A stretch of DNA of 54,822 nucleotides from Rhizobacter sp. (GTDB taxonomy: Bacteria; Pseudomonadota; Gammaproteobacteria; Burkholderiales; Burkholderiaceae_C). The position numbers and the translations under genes are program-made. Shown here one piece after another: positions 28,180 to 37,129 of the stretch (its first letter is position 1; each line of letters begins with the position of its first letter). A model generated the notes under the pieces. That model ran no database searches. It was not told the origin of the DNA and was given only the letters and a program-made list of their open reading frames with translations. The DNA lies in NCBI GenBank assembly GCA_025359585.1, contig JANYFX010000435.1, forward strand, positions 1 to 54,822, read 5' to 3'.

Positions 28180-30387
28180 TCAGTTCTGCGCGATCTTCGA
28201 ACCCTTGAGCACCATGTCGCCCGAGGCTTTGACGCCGATCTTGCCGCTGCCGGTGATGGTGATGTCCTTGCCCTTGATCTGGATCGTGCCGTCCTTCTTC
28301 ATCGTGATGCTGGCGTCACCGGTCTTGAAGGTGATCTCATCGGCGGCTTCGAGCAAATACTTCTTGCCGACCTGCAGCTTGTCGTCCTTGGCGATGCTGG
28401 TGCTGCGCTCATCGGAAACATTGCGCGTTTCTTTCTTCGCGACGTTCGTCGTCAGGTCCTTGCCGACATCGATGCTGCGGCTCTGCCCGATGCTGGCCGT
28501 CTGGTTCGCACCCACGCTGGTGGACTGGTTGGTGCCGACGCTGATGTCCTGGTTCGCGCCGATCGTGACCGTCTGGTAGGCGCCGATCGCCACTTCTTGC
28601 GCAGCGCCGATCGCGATGCTTTCGTTGATACCAACGGCATGGCTGCGCTGCAGGGCCACCGTCTTCGTTTCACTGGCCCCCACACTCACGCTGCGGTTCG
28701 AGCCGATCGAGATGGACTCGTTGTGACCGACCTGCTCGGTGCGGTCGACACCGATCGTGATCGTTTCGTTGTGGTCGACCGTTTCGGTGCGGTCATGTTT
28801 GACGTGCACCGTCTCGTCGTGGTCGATGGTCTTGGTCCGGTCGTGACCGACCCAGTGGGTCTCGTCGTTCTCGACCTCGATGTCCTGGTTCTTCTCGGCG
28901 TGCAGCCAGAGCTGCTCCGAACCCTTCTTGTCTTCGAAACGCAGCGCGTTGGCGTTGCCGTAACCGCCGCCTTTGGACGAGCGCGTGAGAATGCCCGACT
29001 GCGTGGCGTTGGCCGGCAGGTCCCAGGGCGGCATCTGCTCTGCGTTGTAGACACGGCCGATGACGATGGGGCGGTCGGGGTCGCCTTCGAGAAAACCGAC
29101 GATCACTTCCTGGCCGATGCGCGGGATGTGCACCACGCCGAAGTTCTTGCCAGCCCACGGGTGCGACACGCTCACCCAGCACGAGCTCTTCTCGTTTTTC
29201 GTGCCGCGCCGGTCCCACTGAAACTGCAACCTCACACGGCCGTATTTGTCGGTGAAGATTTCTTCGCCCGATGGCCCGACCACGAGCGCCGTCTGCGGGC
29301 CGTTGACACACGGCTTGGGAGTGCGCCGCGTCGGCCGGTACTGCTGCTTCGAAGAAATGCCGCTGAAGTCGCACTGGAACAGCGCCGGCGCCGCGCCCGA
29401 CTCATAACCCGGGTGCTGAATCTGCAGCGTGGTCGAGGTCACGAGGTATTCGGCGTTCTGGTCTTCGCGCGGGTGGCGTGTCACCTTGAGCGTGTGTCCC
29501 ACGCACAGGCCCACCGTGTTGGCGGAACCCTGGAACACCTCGAAGTCGCTCTGCAGCTCTTCCATCCGGTTGTCGGCGTACTGCGCGCCGTCGGCGGCTT
29601 GCGTGTGGCCACCGGGGTAGTCGAAGACTTCGGCATCCGACAGGTCGTAGGTTCGGGTGTGGCTCTTTTCGACCAGCAATGAAGTCGAAGGGCGCTCGAA
29701 GTCGTAGTCGGTGAGCACCACCTTGCCCGGTTCCACTTCGCGCGAGACCGCCCAGTGCTGCACGTAGTCGAGGTCGGGTGGCATCTGGCCCACGTTGCCG
29801 TAGTAGGGCAGCGTGGCGTGGCCGGGTACGGCGTCGTGCGCGCTGGGGGAGTCCACCAGGATCAGCTTGTGCTTGCCCTTGGTGTGCTCGAAGTACCAGT
29901 AGATGCCTTCGTGCTCCAGCAGGCGGGCCACGAAGTTGAAGTCGGTCTCGCGGTACTGCACGCAGTAGTTCCACTTGCGGTACTTGCCGAAGAGCTTGAA
30001 TTCGAAGCTGGCGACCGGGTGGTCGGCGAACACCGCTTTCACGATGTCGGGCACGGTCTGGTCCTGAAAGATCCTGCAGTCGGCGGTGCGGGTGAGCAGC
30101 CACAGCCAGGGCCGCACCGTCATCTCGTAGACGTAGTAGCGGCCGTCGGAACCGCTTTGCGCAAAGCGGGCCACATAACCGCTGATCTCGCGCTGGCTCT
30201 CGTCGCGCATGGTCACGACCACGGTGACCGGCTTGCCGAGCAGCTTGTCGGCCGAGATGTTGGGGTCGGCCGAAAGCAGCGTGACCGCCATGTCGCCCAG
30301 CACGCTCAGTGACTCGCGCGCCATGCACGACTGCAGGCGCAGGGTGCCGTCGGGCAATGGGGTCTTGATCAGGCAGGGGTTGAGCAT
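28180..30387 (-). CDS. vgrG: T6SS spike protein VgrG with gp5-type octapeptide repeats, no toxin extension
   Basis: RIFQD.TVP.I, YCVQYRETDFNFV.RLLE.EGI, DYDF.RP, TDKYGRV, IPRIGQEV.V.FL.GDPD.P, FEDKKG.EQ..LHAEK. Confidence 0.97.
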   Translation of the reverse strand: MLNPCLIKTPLPDGTLRLQSCMARESLSVLGDMAVTLLSADPNISADKLLGKPVTVVVTMRDESQREISGYVARFAQSGSDGRYYVYEMTVRPWLWLLTRTADCRIFQDQTVPDIVKAVFADHPVASFEFKLFGKYRKWNYCVQYRETDFNFVARLLEHEGIYWYFEHTKGKHKLILVDSPSAHDAVPGHATLPYYGNVGQMPPDLDYVQHWAVSREVEPGKVVLTDYDFERPSTSLLVEKSHTRTYDLSDAEVFDYPGGHTQAADGAQYADNRMEELQSDFEVFQGSANTVGLCVGHTLKVTRHPREDQNAEYLVTSTTLQIQHPGYESGAAPALFQCDFSGISSKQQYRPTRRTPKPCVNGPQTALVVGPSGEEIFTDKYGRVRLQFQWDRRGTKNEKSSCWVSVSHPWAGKNFGVVHIPRIGQEVIVGFLEGDPDRPIVIGRVYNAEQMPPWDLPANATQSGILTRSSKGGGYGNANALRFEDKKGSEQLWLHAEKNQDIEVENDETHWVGHDRTKTIDHDETVHVKHDRTETVDHNETITIGVDRTEQVGHNESISIGSNRSVSVGASETKTVALQRSHAVGINESIAIGAAQEVAIGAYQTVTIGANQDISVGTNQSTSVGANQTASIGQSRSIDVGKDLTTNVAKKETRNVSDERSTSIAKDDKLQVGKKYLLEAADEITFKTGDASITMKKDGTIQIKGKDITITGSGKIGVKASGDMVLKGSKIAQN

Positions 30388-30413
30388 GGTGGAGTTCGCG
30401 CAGTTCAGTCACG

Positions 30414-30455
30414 ACAGTAGGGCGTCGGGCCGGGGGGGTAAAGCGACGAAAGTCA
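30414..30455 (-). promoter_or_regulatory. vgrG cassette promoter: box plus -10 hexamer
   Basis: CGAC-GAAA-GTCA at 30444-30455; TACTGT on the minus strand at 30419-30414, 30.5 bp from the box centre. Confidence 0.7.
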
Positions 30456-30500
30456 TTCGTCCGCCGGGTGCGGGGGGCGGCGCATCACACGCGGCGGCCT

Positions 30501-31196
30501 TCAGGGCCAGCGCCGGAGCACTTGCAACGGGCCGTTCGCGCGCAGCCGCGTCATCAGCCACAGACCGCTGTTGCCGTAGCTGCCTTGCACGACCCGGCTG
30601 TCGATCCGCAACAGCCAGTCTTCGGTGCCATCGGCGTTGAAGTCGCCGCGGGCGAGGAGCTGCACGTCTTGCAGCGTGTCGTCGACCTCGATGCGCACGG
30701 CGCCGGCGGCGGTCTGGCGAAACGTGGTGTCGGGGCGGAACTGTTTCAGCGTGAGCGCACGCGCTTGCGCCTCGGCCACTTCGCGCTCGCTGTCGTCGGA
30801 GATGGCGAGGTACAGGCTGGCCGGGGCGGCGGTTTTGAGCGCCGCCGCGAAGCCGCGCTTTTCGGGCGATGCCGGCAACAAGCTGTGGCGCGCGCGCTGC
30901 AGTGTCTTCACCGCGTCGAGGGCCTGGCAGCGCACCCGTGCCGACTGGAAGGCCTTGGCGTTCACGTTGGCGCCCGAGCTTTCTTCCGTGATCGTCGCGT
31001 CGAGCCGAACCACGTCGGCGCAGGTCGCGAGGCTGGCACTGCTGCCGTCTTTCAGGCGCACCTCGAAGCGTGAGGGCAAGGCGTCGTCGATGGCTTGCAC
31101 GGCCAGCGCGGGCGACAGCCACAGGTCACCGGCCGGGGCCGCGCTCGCGCCGCACGCAGCGGCCAGCAGCAGCGCGGCGAGGCCGTGGCGGATCAT
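30501..31196 (-). CDS. Putative periplasmic immunity protein (lysozyme inhibitor candidate)
   Basis: ATGA overlap with the lysozyme gene; Sec signal MIRHGLAALLLAAACGASA; two mature Cys; GDFNADGTED Ca-loop-like motif. Confidence 0.7.
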   Translation of the reverse strand: MIRHGLAALLLAAACGASAAPAGDLWLSPALAVQAIDDALPSRFEVRLKDGSSASLATCADVVRLDATITEESSGANVNAKAFQSARVRCQALDAVKTLQRARHSLLPASPEKRGFAAALKTAAPASLYLAISDDSEREVAEAQARALTLKQFRPDTTFRQTAAGAVRIEVDDTLQDVQLLARGDFNADGTEDWLLRIDSRVVQGSYGNSGLWLMTRLRANGPLQVLRRWP

Positions 31197-31975
31197 GGAG
31201 CCGACTCGAGAAAGCGGTCTCGCGTCCAGTTGTTGCGCTCTTCCGACGGGCCTTTGCGGTGGCACGATGCTGCGGCTTTTTTCCAGTCGCCCGCTTCGAT
31301 CGCGGTCTTCATTGTCTTGAAGGCGAGCAGGCCGGTGTTCTTCGCGGCCGAGCCCATACCGAGGTTGAACACCATGTCGAGCAGCGCGCGGCGCGCACCG
31401 GCCGGGTAGGTGTCGTAGTCCTTGAACTGCAGACGCAGGCCGGCCTCGCGGGTCGTGATCTCGCTGTCGAGCAGTGTGTCGATCTGGTCTTCGGGCATGT
31501 CGAGCAGGGTCGAGGGCCGGTACTTGGCGGCGAGTTGCGCCGCAGTCATTGCCGAGACCGCGTTGAAGTCGGTCTCGATCTCCTTGGTGCTGGCGGCGGC
31601 CTGCGTGCTGCGCACCACGAAGCGCAGCGCTTGTGCGGCCGCCACATTGGGCAGCATCGTGCCGACGCCCACCGTTACCAGGCCCTTGGTGTCCAGGTAA
31701 AGGTGGTTGACGCGGCCTTCGTTGGCCGACAGGTCGGCGCGGATCTGCGCCATGGTCAGCGTGGCGGGCGGCACACTCGAGCCGGCGCCGAGGATGCACT
31801 GGGTGCTGCCCGGCGCCCAGGGGTGGCGGTCTTCGAACATCAGCTCCAGATCGCCCGACGAGCCGAGAAAGCCGGCGTTGCGGAAGTTGCCCGGGCCACC
31901 GAAGCCGGCGCTCGAGCCGGGGTGCACACGCTGCCCGTCCCAGCCCCGGTACATGCGCGAGAAGCCATCGCTCAT
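31193..31975 (-). CDS. T4-lysozyme-like (GH24-type) muramidase, putative T6SS effector
   Basis: NEGRVNHLYLDTKGLVTVGVG has E-x8-D-x5-T spacing; ALLDMVFNLG, F..M..AI..GDW..AA; no signal peptide. Confidence 0.82.
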   Translation of the reverse strand: MSDGFSRMYRGWDGQRVHPGSSAGFGGPGNFRNAGFLGSSGDLELMFEDRHPWAPGSTQCILGAGSSVPPATLTMAQIRADLSANEGRVNHLYLDTKGLVTVGVGTMLPNVAAAQALRFVVRSTQAAASTKEIETDFNAVSAMTAAQLAAKYRPSTLLDMPEDQIDTLLDSEITTREAGLRLQFKDYDTYPAGARRALLDMVFNLGMGSAAKNTGLLAFKTMKTAIEAGDWKKAAASCHRKGPSEERNNWTRDRFLESAP

Positions 31976-33342
31976 GAAACATTCTCCTCGTTCAATGTCG
32001 CTGCCACCAGCCAGCCGACGACGGGCTTGCCGGCCTCGGAGCGCAGCGCCTCTTCGCGCAGTACGCACTCGTGCAGCCCGGCCTTCGCCATCATCGCGCT
32101 CACGTAAGCACGCTGATGCGCGTAACGGCCATGCGGTTGCAGCTGATACGGCGCGCCATCGCTGGCGGGCAAGGCCTCGACGGTGAACACGAGGTGGCCC
32201 TGCGGTCGCAGCGCCTGCGCCGCGGCCTCCAGTGCCGGGCCCAGCTCGCCGAAATAACACAGCGTGTCGGCGCAGATCAGCGCGTCGAAACGCGCCGGGT
32301 TCGCGAGCATGTGTGCCACCAGTTCGGCGTGCTGAAGGCTGTCGTACACGTTGCGGCGCTCGGCGCGTTCGAGCATGCCGGCCGACAGGTCGCAGCCGCT
32401 CAGCTCGCGCGCCCAGTCGCGCACCAGCGGGCCGCACAGGCCGGTGCCGCAGCCGAGGTCGTGGATATCGAACTGGCGCGCCGGTGCAGGCAACAGGCCG
32501 CGCAGCAAGTCGGCCACCAGGCCCGGCGCGCGGTAACCGAGCGCCGAGAGATTGGCATCGAAGGTGGCAGCGAACGCATCGAAGGTGCGCTCGACATAAG
32601 CATCGCTCGCACGCTGCGGCGCGTTGCCGCCCGAGCAGGCCGCGAGGTGGTGCCGGATCACCGGGTTGTCGGGGTCGACCTTGAGCCACTCACGGTACAG
32701 CGTGGCTGCTTCGTCGAGCCGGCCCAGGAACACCAGCGCTCGCGCCACCGCATCGCGCGCCTGCAGGTGCTTGGGCCACAGCAGGATCGCGCGGCTGTTG
32801 GCGGCCAGGCCTTCTTCGATGCGCTTTTGTGCCAGCAGCGCCACCGACAGGTTGTACCAGGCCTGCCCGAACTCGGGCCGCGCCGCGATGGCGCGGCGGC
32901 ACAGCGCTTCGGCCTCGGTGTGGTCGCCCCGTTTGCTGTGGATCGTGGCGAGGTTGCTGAGCGCGTCGACGAAGTCGGGCTGCAGTTCGAGGCACTGGCG
33001 AAAGGCCGTTTCGGCTTCTTCGAAACGCTGCGCTTCGACCAGCACATTGCCCAGGTTGTTCAAAGGCCCGACGACGCCGGGCATCGCTGCGATGGCTTGC
33101 TGGATCAACGCCACCGCCGCAACGCTGTCGCCGGTCTGGTGTTTGAGCACGCCCAGAAAATGCAGCGCGTCGGGCTGCCCCGGCCAGCGCTGCAGCACCG
33201 ATTCGAAGACGACGGCGGCTTTGTCCAGGTCCTTGGCGCGCAGCAGCTCGACCGCGCGCTCCAGTTGCTGGCGCTGCGCCAGCTTCGACGCCCCTTGCGC
33301 AGCGCGCGGTCTGCGCGCTGCCGCTGTTTCAGTCGAACGCAT
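31972..33342 (-). CDS. TPR-repeat plus class I SAM-dependent methyltransferase
   Basis: TPR consensus (ALHFLG, NNLGN, ALSNL, AWYNL); YVE.TFD.FA..FD..L..LGYRAP, DLGCGTG, DLSAGML, AD.L.YFG.L, GRYAH. Confidence 0.88.
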   Translation of the reverse strand: MRSTETAAARRPRAAQGASKLAQRQQLERAVELLRAKDLDKAAVVFESVLQRWPGQPDALHFLGVLKHQTGDSVAAVALIQQAIAAMPGVVGPLNNLGNVLVEAQRFEEAETAFRQCLELQPDFVDALSNLATIHSKRGDHTEAEALCRRAIAARPEFGQAWYNLSVALLAQKRIEEGLAANSRAILLWPKHLQARDAVARALVFLGRLDEAATLYREWLKVDPDNPVIRHHLAACSGGNAPQRASDAYVERTFDAFAATFDANLSALGYRAPGLVADLLRGLLPAPARQFDIHDLGCGTGLCGPLVRDWARELSGCDLSAGMLERAERRNVYDSLQHAELVAHMLANPARFDALICADTLCYFGELGPALEAAAQALRPQGHLVFTVEALPASDGAPYQLQPHGRYAHQRAYVSAMMAKAGLHECVLREEALRSEAGKPVVGWLVAATLNEENVS

Positions 33343-36040
33343 ACGCGAAGTCGCCGGCCTCGACCGACAAGGCCACCTTGCTCAGCGGCGCGCCGGTCGA
33401 CAAGCGCGTCAGGTACTCGTGGCTGATGCGCGGCAGCACGGTGTTGGTCAGCAGCGCATCGATCACGCGCCCGCCGCTCTCGATTTCGTTGCAGCGGCTC
33501 ACGACCAGCTTGACCACTTCGTCGTCGAACAGGAAGGGCACGCCGTGGTTGGCCTCGACCCGCTTCTTGATGCGATTCAACTGCAGCTTGACGATCTGCG
33601 CGAGCATCGTTTCGCTGAGCGGGAAGTACGGGATCGTGACGATGCGACCGAGCAAGGCCGCCGGGAATACTTTCAGCAGCGGCTCGCGCAGGGCTTTCGC
33701 GATGGCCTCGGGCTCGGGCATCAACTCCGGGTCCTTGCACAGGCTCATGATCATCTCGCTGCCGGCGTTCGAGGTCAGCAGGATGATCGTGTTCTTGAAG
33801 TCGATCAAGCGGCCTTCACCGTCTTCCATCCAGCCCTTGTCGAAGACCTGGAAGAACAGTTCGTGCACGTCGGAGTGGGCCTTTTCCACCTCGTCGAGCA
33901 GCACCACGCTGTAGGGCCGGCGGCGCACCGCTTCGGTCAGCACGCCGCCTTCGCCGTAGCCCACGTAACCGGGCGGCGCGCCCTTGAGCGTGGAGACGGT
34001 GTGCGCCTCCTGGTACTCGCTCATGTTGATCGTGATCAGGTTCTGCTCGCCACCGTACAAGGTTTCGGCCAGCGCGAGCGCGGTCTCGGTCTTGCCCACG
34101 CCGGAGGTGCCGGCGAGCATGAACACGCCGATCGGCTTGCTCGGGTTGTCGAGCATGGCCCGCGAGGTCTGGATGCGCTTGGCGATCATCTCCATCGCGT
34201 GGTCTTGCCCGATCACGCGCGCACCCAGCAGCTTGGGCAGCTTCAGCACGGTCTCGATCTCGTTGGCCGCCATGCGCCCGACCGGAATACCGGTCCAGTC
34301 GCCGACCACGCTCGCCACCGCCTGGTAGTCGACGGTCGGCAGGATCAACGGGCTTTCGCCCTGCAGCGCGGCCAGCTCGGCCTGCACACGCTTCAACTCG
34401 GCGAGCGCCGTGCCGCGTTCGGCATCCGACATCTTCGGGATGTCGGCCGCGACGGCGTCGGCGCCGCGCTCGAGCTTGCTGCCGGTGCCTTCGACCGGCT
34501 CCGCCGCGCCACGCAGCTTGGCGCGCAGATCGAGCAGCTGGTCGACCAGCGCCTTCTCGGCCTGCCAGCGCGCCTGCAAGCCTTCGAGCCGGGCACGCTC
34601 GGTGACGAGTTGCTCTTTCACCTGCGCGGCACGCTTCTCGGTGTCGATGCCGATCGCGTTTTCGCGGCCGATGATGCCTTCTTCGGTTTCCAGCGACTCG
34701 ATGCGCTTGCTGCAGTCGTCGACTTCGGCGGGCGTGGCATGCAGGCTCACCGCCACGCGGGCACAGGCCGTGTCGATCAGGCTCACCGACTTGTCGGGCA
34801 ACTGGCGGCCCGGAATGTAGCGGTGCGAAAGCTTCACCGCCGCTTCGAGCGCCTCGTCGAGGATCTGCACCTTGTGGTGCTTCTCCATCGTCGAGGCCAC
34901 GCCGCGCATCATCAGGATCGCGCGTGCTTCGTCGGGCTCGTCGACGGTGATGCTCTGGAATCGGCGGGTCAGCGCCGGGTCTTTTTCGATGTGTTTCTTG
35001 TACTCGGCGAAGGTGGTCGCGCCGATGGTGCGCAACAGGCCGCGCGCCAGGGCGGGCTTGAGCAGGTTGGCCGCATCGCCGGTGCCGGCCGCGCCGCCGG
35101 CGCCGACCAGCGTGTGGGTCTCGTCGATGAACAGGATGATGGGTTTGACTGATGCCTGCACCTCGTCGATCACCGAGCGCAGGCGCTGCTCGAACTCGCC
35201 CTTCATGCTCGCGCCGGCCTGCAGCAGGCCCACGTCGAGCACCCGCAACTCCACGTCCTTGAGCGCAGGCGGCACATCGCCGCGCGCGATGCGCTGGGCA
35301 AAACCTTCGACCACGGCGGTCTTGCCCACCCCGGCTTCGCCGATCAGGATCGGGTTGTTCTGGCGCCGCCGCATCAGGATGTCGACGACCTGCCGGATCT
35401 CGTCGTCGCGGCCGACGATCGGGTCCATCTTGCCGCCTCTAGCCTGCTCGGTCAGGTCGGTCGTGAACTTCTTCAGCGCCTCCTGCTTGCCCATCGCCGC
35501 CGGCCCGATGGCACCGCTGGTTTCGCCGGGCTCGGCGCCGCTCTCGCTCGCGGCCTGGCCTTCTTCGGGCGAGCCGCCGAGCAGCGAGTGAAAGTTCTTC
35601 GCGAGATCGTCGACCTCGATGCGCTCGAACTGTTTGCTGATCGAGAGCAGCAGGCTGCGCAAGGGCCGCGTCTTGAGCATGCCGACGATCACGAAGCCGG
35701 TGCGCACTTGTGTGCCACCGAACATCAGCGAGCCGTAGACCCAGGCGCGCTCGACGGCGTCCGAGATGTGCTCGGACAGATCGGTCACCGATGACGCGCC
35801 ACGCGGCAGGCGGTCGAGCGAGTTTTGAAGGTCGGCCACCAACACCGACGGGTCGATGCCATAGTGTTTGACGAGGCGGTGCAGGTCGGTGTCTTGCGTC
35901 TGCAGGATCTGGAACAGCCAGTGCTGCAACTCCACATACGGGTTGCCTCGCAGCTTGCAGAACACGGTGGCGCCCTCGATCGCCTTGTAGGCGATCGGGT
36001 TGAGCTTGCCGAAGAGCGCGGTGCGACTGATTTCAGCCAT
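33329..36040 (-). CDS. tssH: T6SS AAA+ ATPase ClpV/TssH
   Basis: LFGKLN, RGNPYVEL.HW, RRRQNNPIL.GEAGVGKT, GTSGVGKT, GAPPGYVGYGEGGVLTEAVRR. Confidence 0.97.
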   Translation of the reverse strand: MAEISRTALFGKLNPIAYKAIEGATVFCKLRGNPYVELQHWLFQILQTQDTDLHRLVKHYGIDPSVLVADLQNSLDRLPRGASSVTDLSEHISDAVERAWVYGSLMFGGTQVRTGFVIVGMLKTRPLRSLLLSISKQFERIEVDDLAKNFHSLLGGSPEEGQAASESGAEPGETSGAIGPAAMGKQEALKKFTTDLTEQARGGKMDPIVGRDDEIRQVVDILMRRRQNNPILIGEAGVGKTAVVEGFAQRIARGDVPPALKDVELRVLDVGLLQAGASMKGEFEQRLRSVIDEVQASVKPIILFIDETHTLVGAGGAAGTGDAANLLKPALARGLLRTIGATTFAEYKKHIEKDPALTRRFQSITVDEPDEARAILMMRGVASTMEKHHKVQILDEALEAAVKLSHRYIPGRQLPDKSVSLIDTACARVAVSLHATPAEVDDCSKRIESLETEEGIIGRENAIGIDTEKRAAQVKEQLVTERARLEGLQARWQAEKALVDQLLDLRAKLRGAAEPVEGTGSKLERGADAVAADIPKMSDAERGTALAELKRVQAELAALQGESPLILPTVDYQAVASVVGDWTGIPVGRMAANEIETVLKLPKLLGARVIGQDHAMEMIAKRIQTSRAMLDNPSKPIGVFMLAGTSGVGKTETALALAETLYGGEQNLITINMSEYQEAHTVSTLKGAPPGYVGYGEGGVLTEAVRRRPYSVVLLDEVEKAHSDVHELFFQVFDKGWMEDGEGRLIDFKNTIILLTSNAGSEMIMSLCKDPELMPEPEAIAKALREPLLKVFPAALLGRIVTIPYFPLSETMLAQIVKLQLNRIKKRVEANHGVPFLFDDEVVKLVVSRCNEIESGGRVIDALLTNTVLPRISHEYLTRLSTGAPLSKVALSVEAGDFAYAFD

Positions 36041-36049
36041 GGAGTCTCC

Positions 36050-37120
36050 CTATGAGGGCTGTGGCGTGCCGAGGCTCGCCGGGTTCAGGCGAAGGTCGCC
36101 ACGGTCTGGGTGCGGTGTGCTTCTGCCGAGCCAGGTGCTGCGGCCCAATGCCGGTGACTGCGCGGCGTCGCGCCCGAGTGCCAGCGCCGGAACATCGCTG
36201 CCTTTGAGCACGAGTTGCAGGTCCCACAGCATGTCGAAGCCCAGCAACTGGCGCATCCAGTCGCGCAGCTCGATCAGCGATCGCTGGCCGGGCAGAAACT
36301 GCCGGTATTGCGCCAGCGTGAGCGGGCCGACGTGCAGGCGCAGTTTGTACTGTCGGTCCCAGACCTTGGCGCCGGCCACGGCCGACACGCCGAGCCGCGC
36401 GCTGCGGCCGCCACCGCCTTTGCTGCCGAGGCGGCTGCGGTCCTCGGTGCGCAAGTGCATCCAGTGGCCGACGTAAGACTCGACGCGAACCGGCACCTTG
36501 AAGTATTGGCGCAACACTTTGGCGATGGTCTCGGGGTTGCGCGTGGGCCGCGCCAAGTGGCCGGCGGCGAAGCGCTTGGCCGCATCGGGCACGGCATCGG
36601 CATTGCGCAAGGCGCCGGGCGCCTGGCCGAAGAGCGCGCTGACCCATTTGGCGAACTGGTCGTCGGCCGGCCGGTCGGCGTGAACCGCCGGCTGGCTGTG
36701 GGCCCAGGCGCGGTAGAACAGCAACAACGCACGGTGGTGAAAGATGTCGGCGAAGCGCACGAAGGTCGGGTCGGCGTGGTTGCGCTGGCGGTCGCGTGCA
36801 TATTCGGTGATGTGCAGCGGCATCGGGCCCATCGGCCCGAACAGCCCGAAAAATCGCGTGCCGAGGCGCGGCGGTTTGTTGCCGCCGGGGTCGGCCTTGA
36901 ACGACATCAACGCGGCCGGTGCGAAATCGAGTTCGGGCTCTTGCCCCAGGCGCAGCGGCTCGGCGCTCGGGCGCAGCGCGCGGCCCAGGCGCGGCGACGC
37001 CGGCGAGAGCGACTCGATCTGCCGCAGCACGGCGTAGAAGTCGTGGGCCCAGGGCTCAGTGGCCAGGCTGTCGAACAAGCGCGCGCGGCGCTCGTGCAGT
37101 TGGCGTGCATCTGCCGTCAT
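36050..37120 (-). CDS. tssG: T6SS baseplate TssG
   Basis: RLGQ.P.L.FAP, FFGLFGP.GPMPLH.TE, F.DIFHHR..LFYRAW, VGPLTL.QY..FLPG, LG..TWLG. Confidence 0.95.
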   Translation of the reverse strand: MTADARQLHERRARLFDSLATEPWAHDFYAVLRQIESLSPASPRLGRALRPSAEPLRLGQEPELDFAPAALMSFKADPGGNKPPRLGTRFFGLFGPMGPMPLHITEYARDRQRNHADPTFVRFADIFHHRALLLFYRAWAHSQPAVHADRPADDQFAKWVSALFGQAPGALRNADAVPDAAKRFAAGHLARPTRNPETIAKVLRQYFKVPVRVESYVGHWMHLRTEDRSRLGSKGGGGRSARLGVSAVAGAKVWDRQYKLRLHVGPLTLAQYRQFLPGQRSLIELRDWMRQLLGFDMLWDLQLVLKGSDVPALALGRDAAQSPALGRSTWLGRSTPHPDRGDLRLNPASLGTPQPS

Positions 37121-37129
37121 GCGCAGTTT

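Noticed and set aside
31193-31975. Prophage remnant (endolysin)
   Set aside because: No holin, integrase or capsid genes; the gene is coupled within the T6SS operon and followed by an immunity-like gene.
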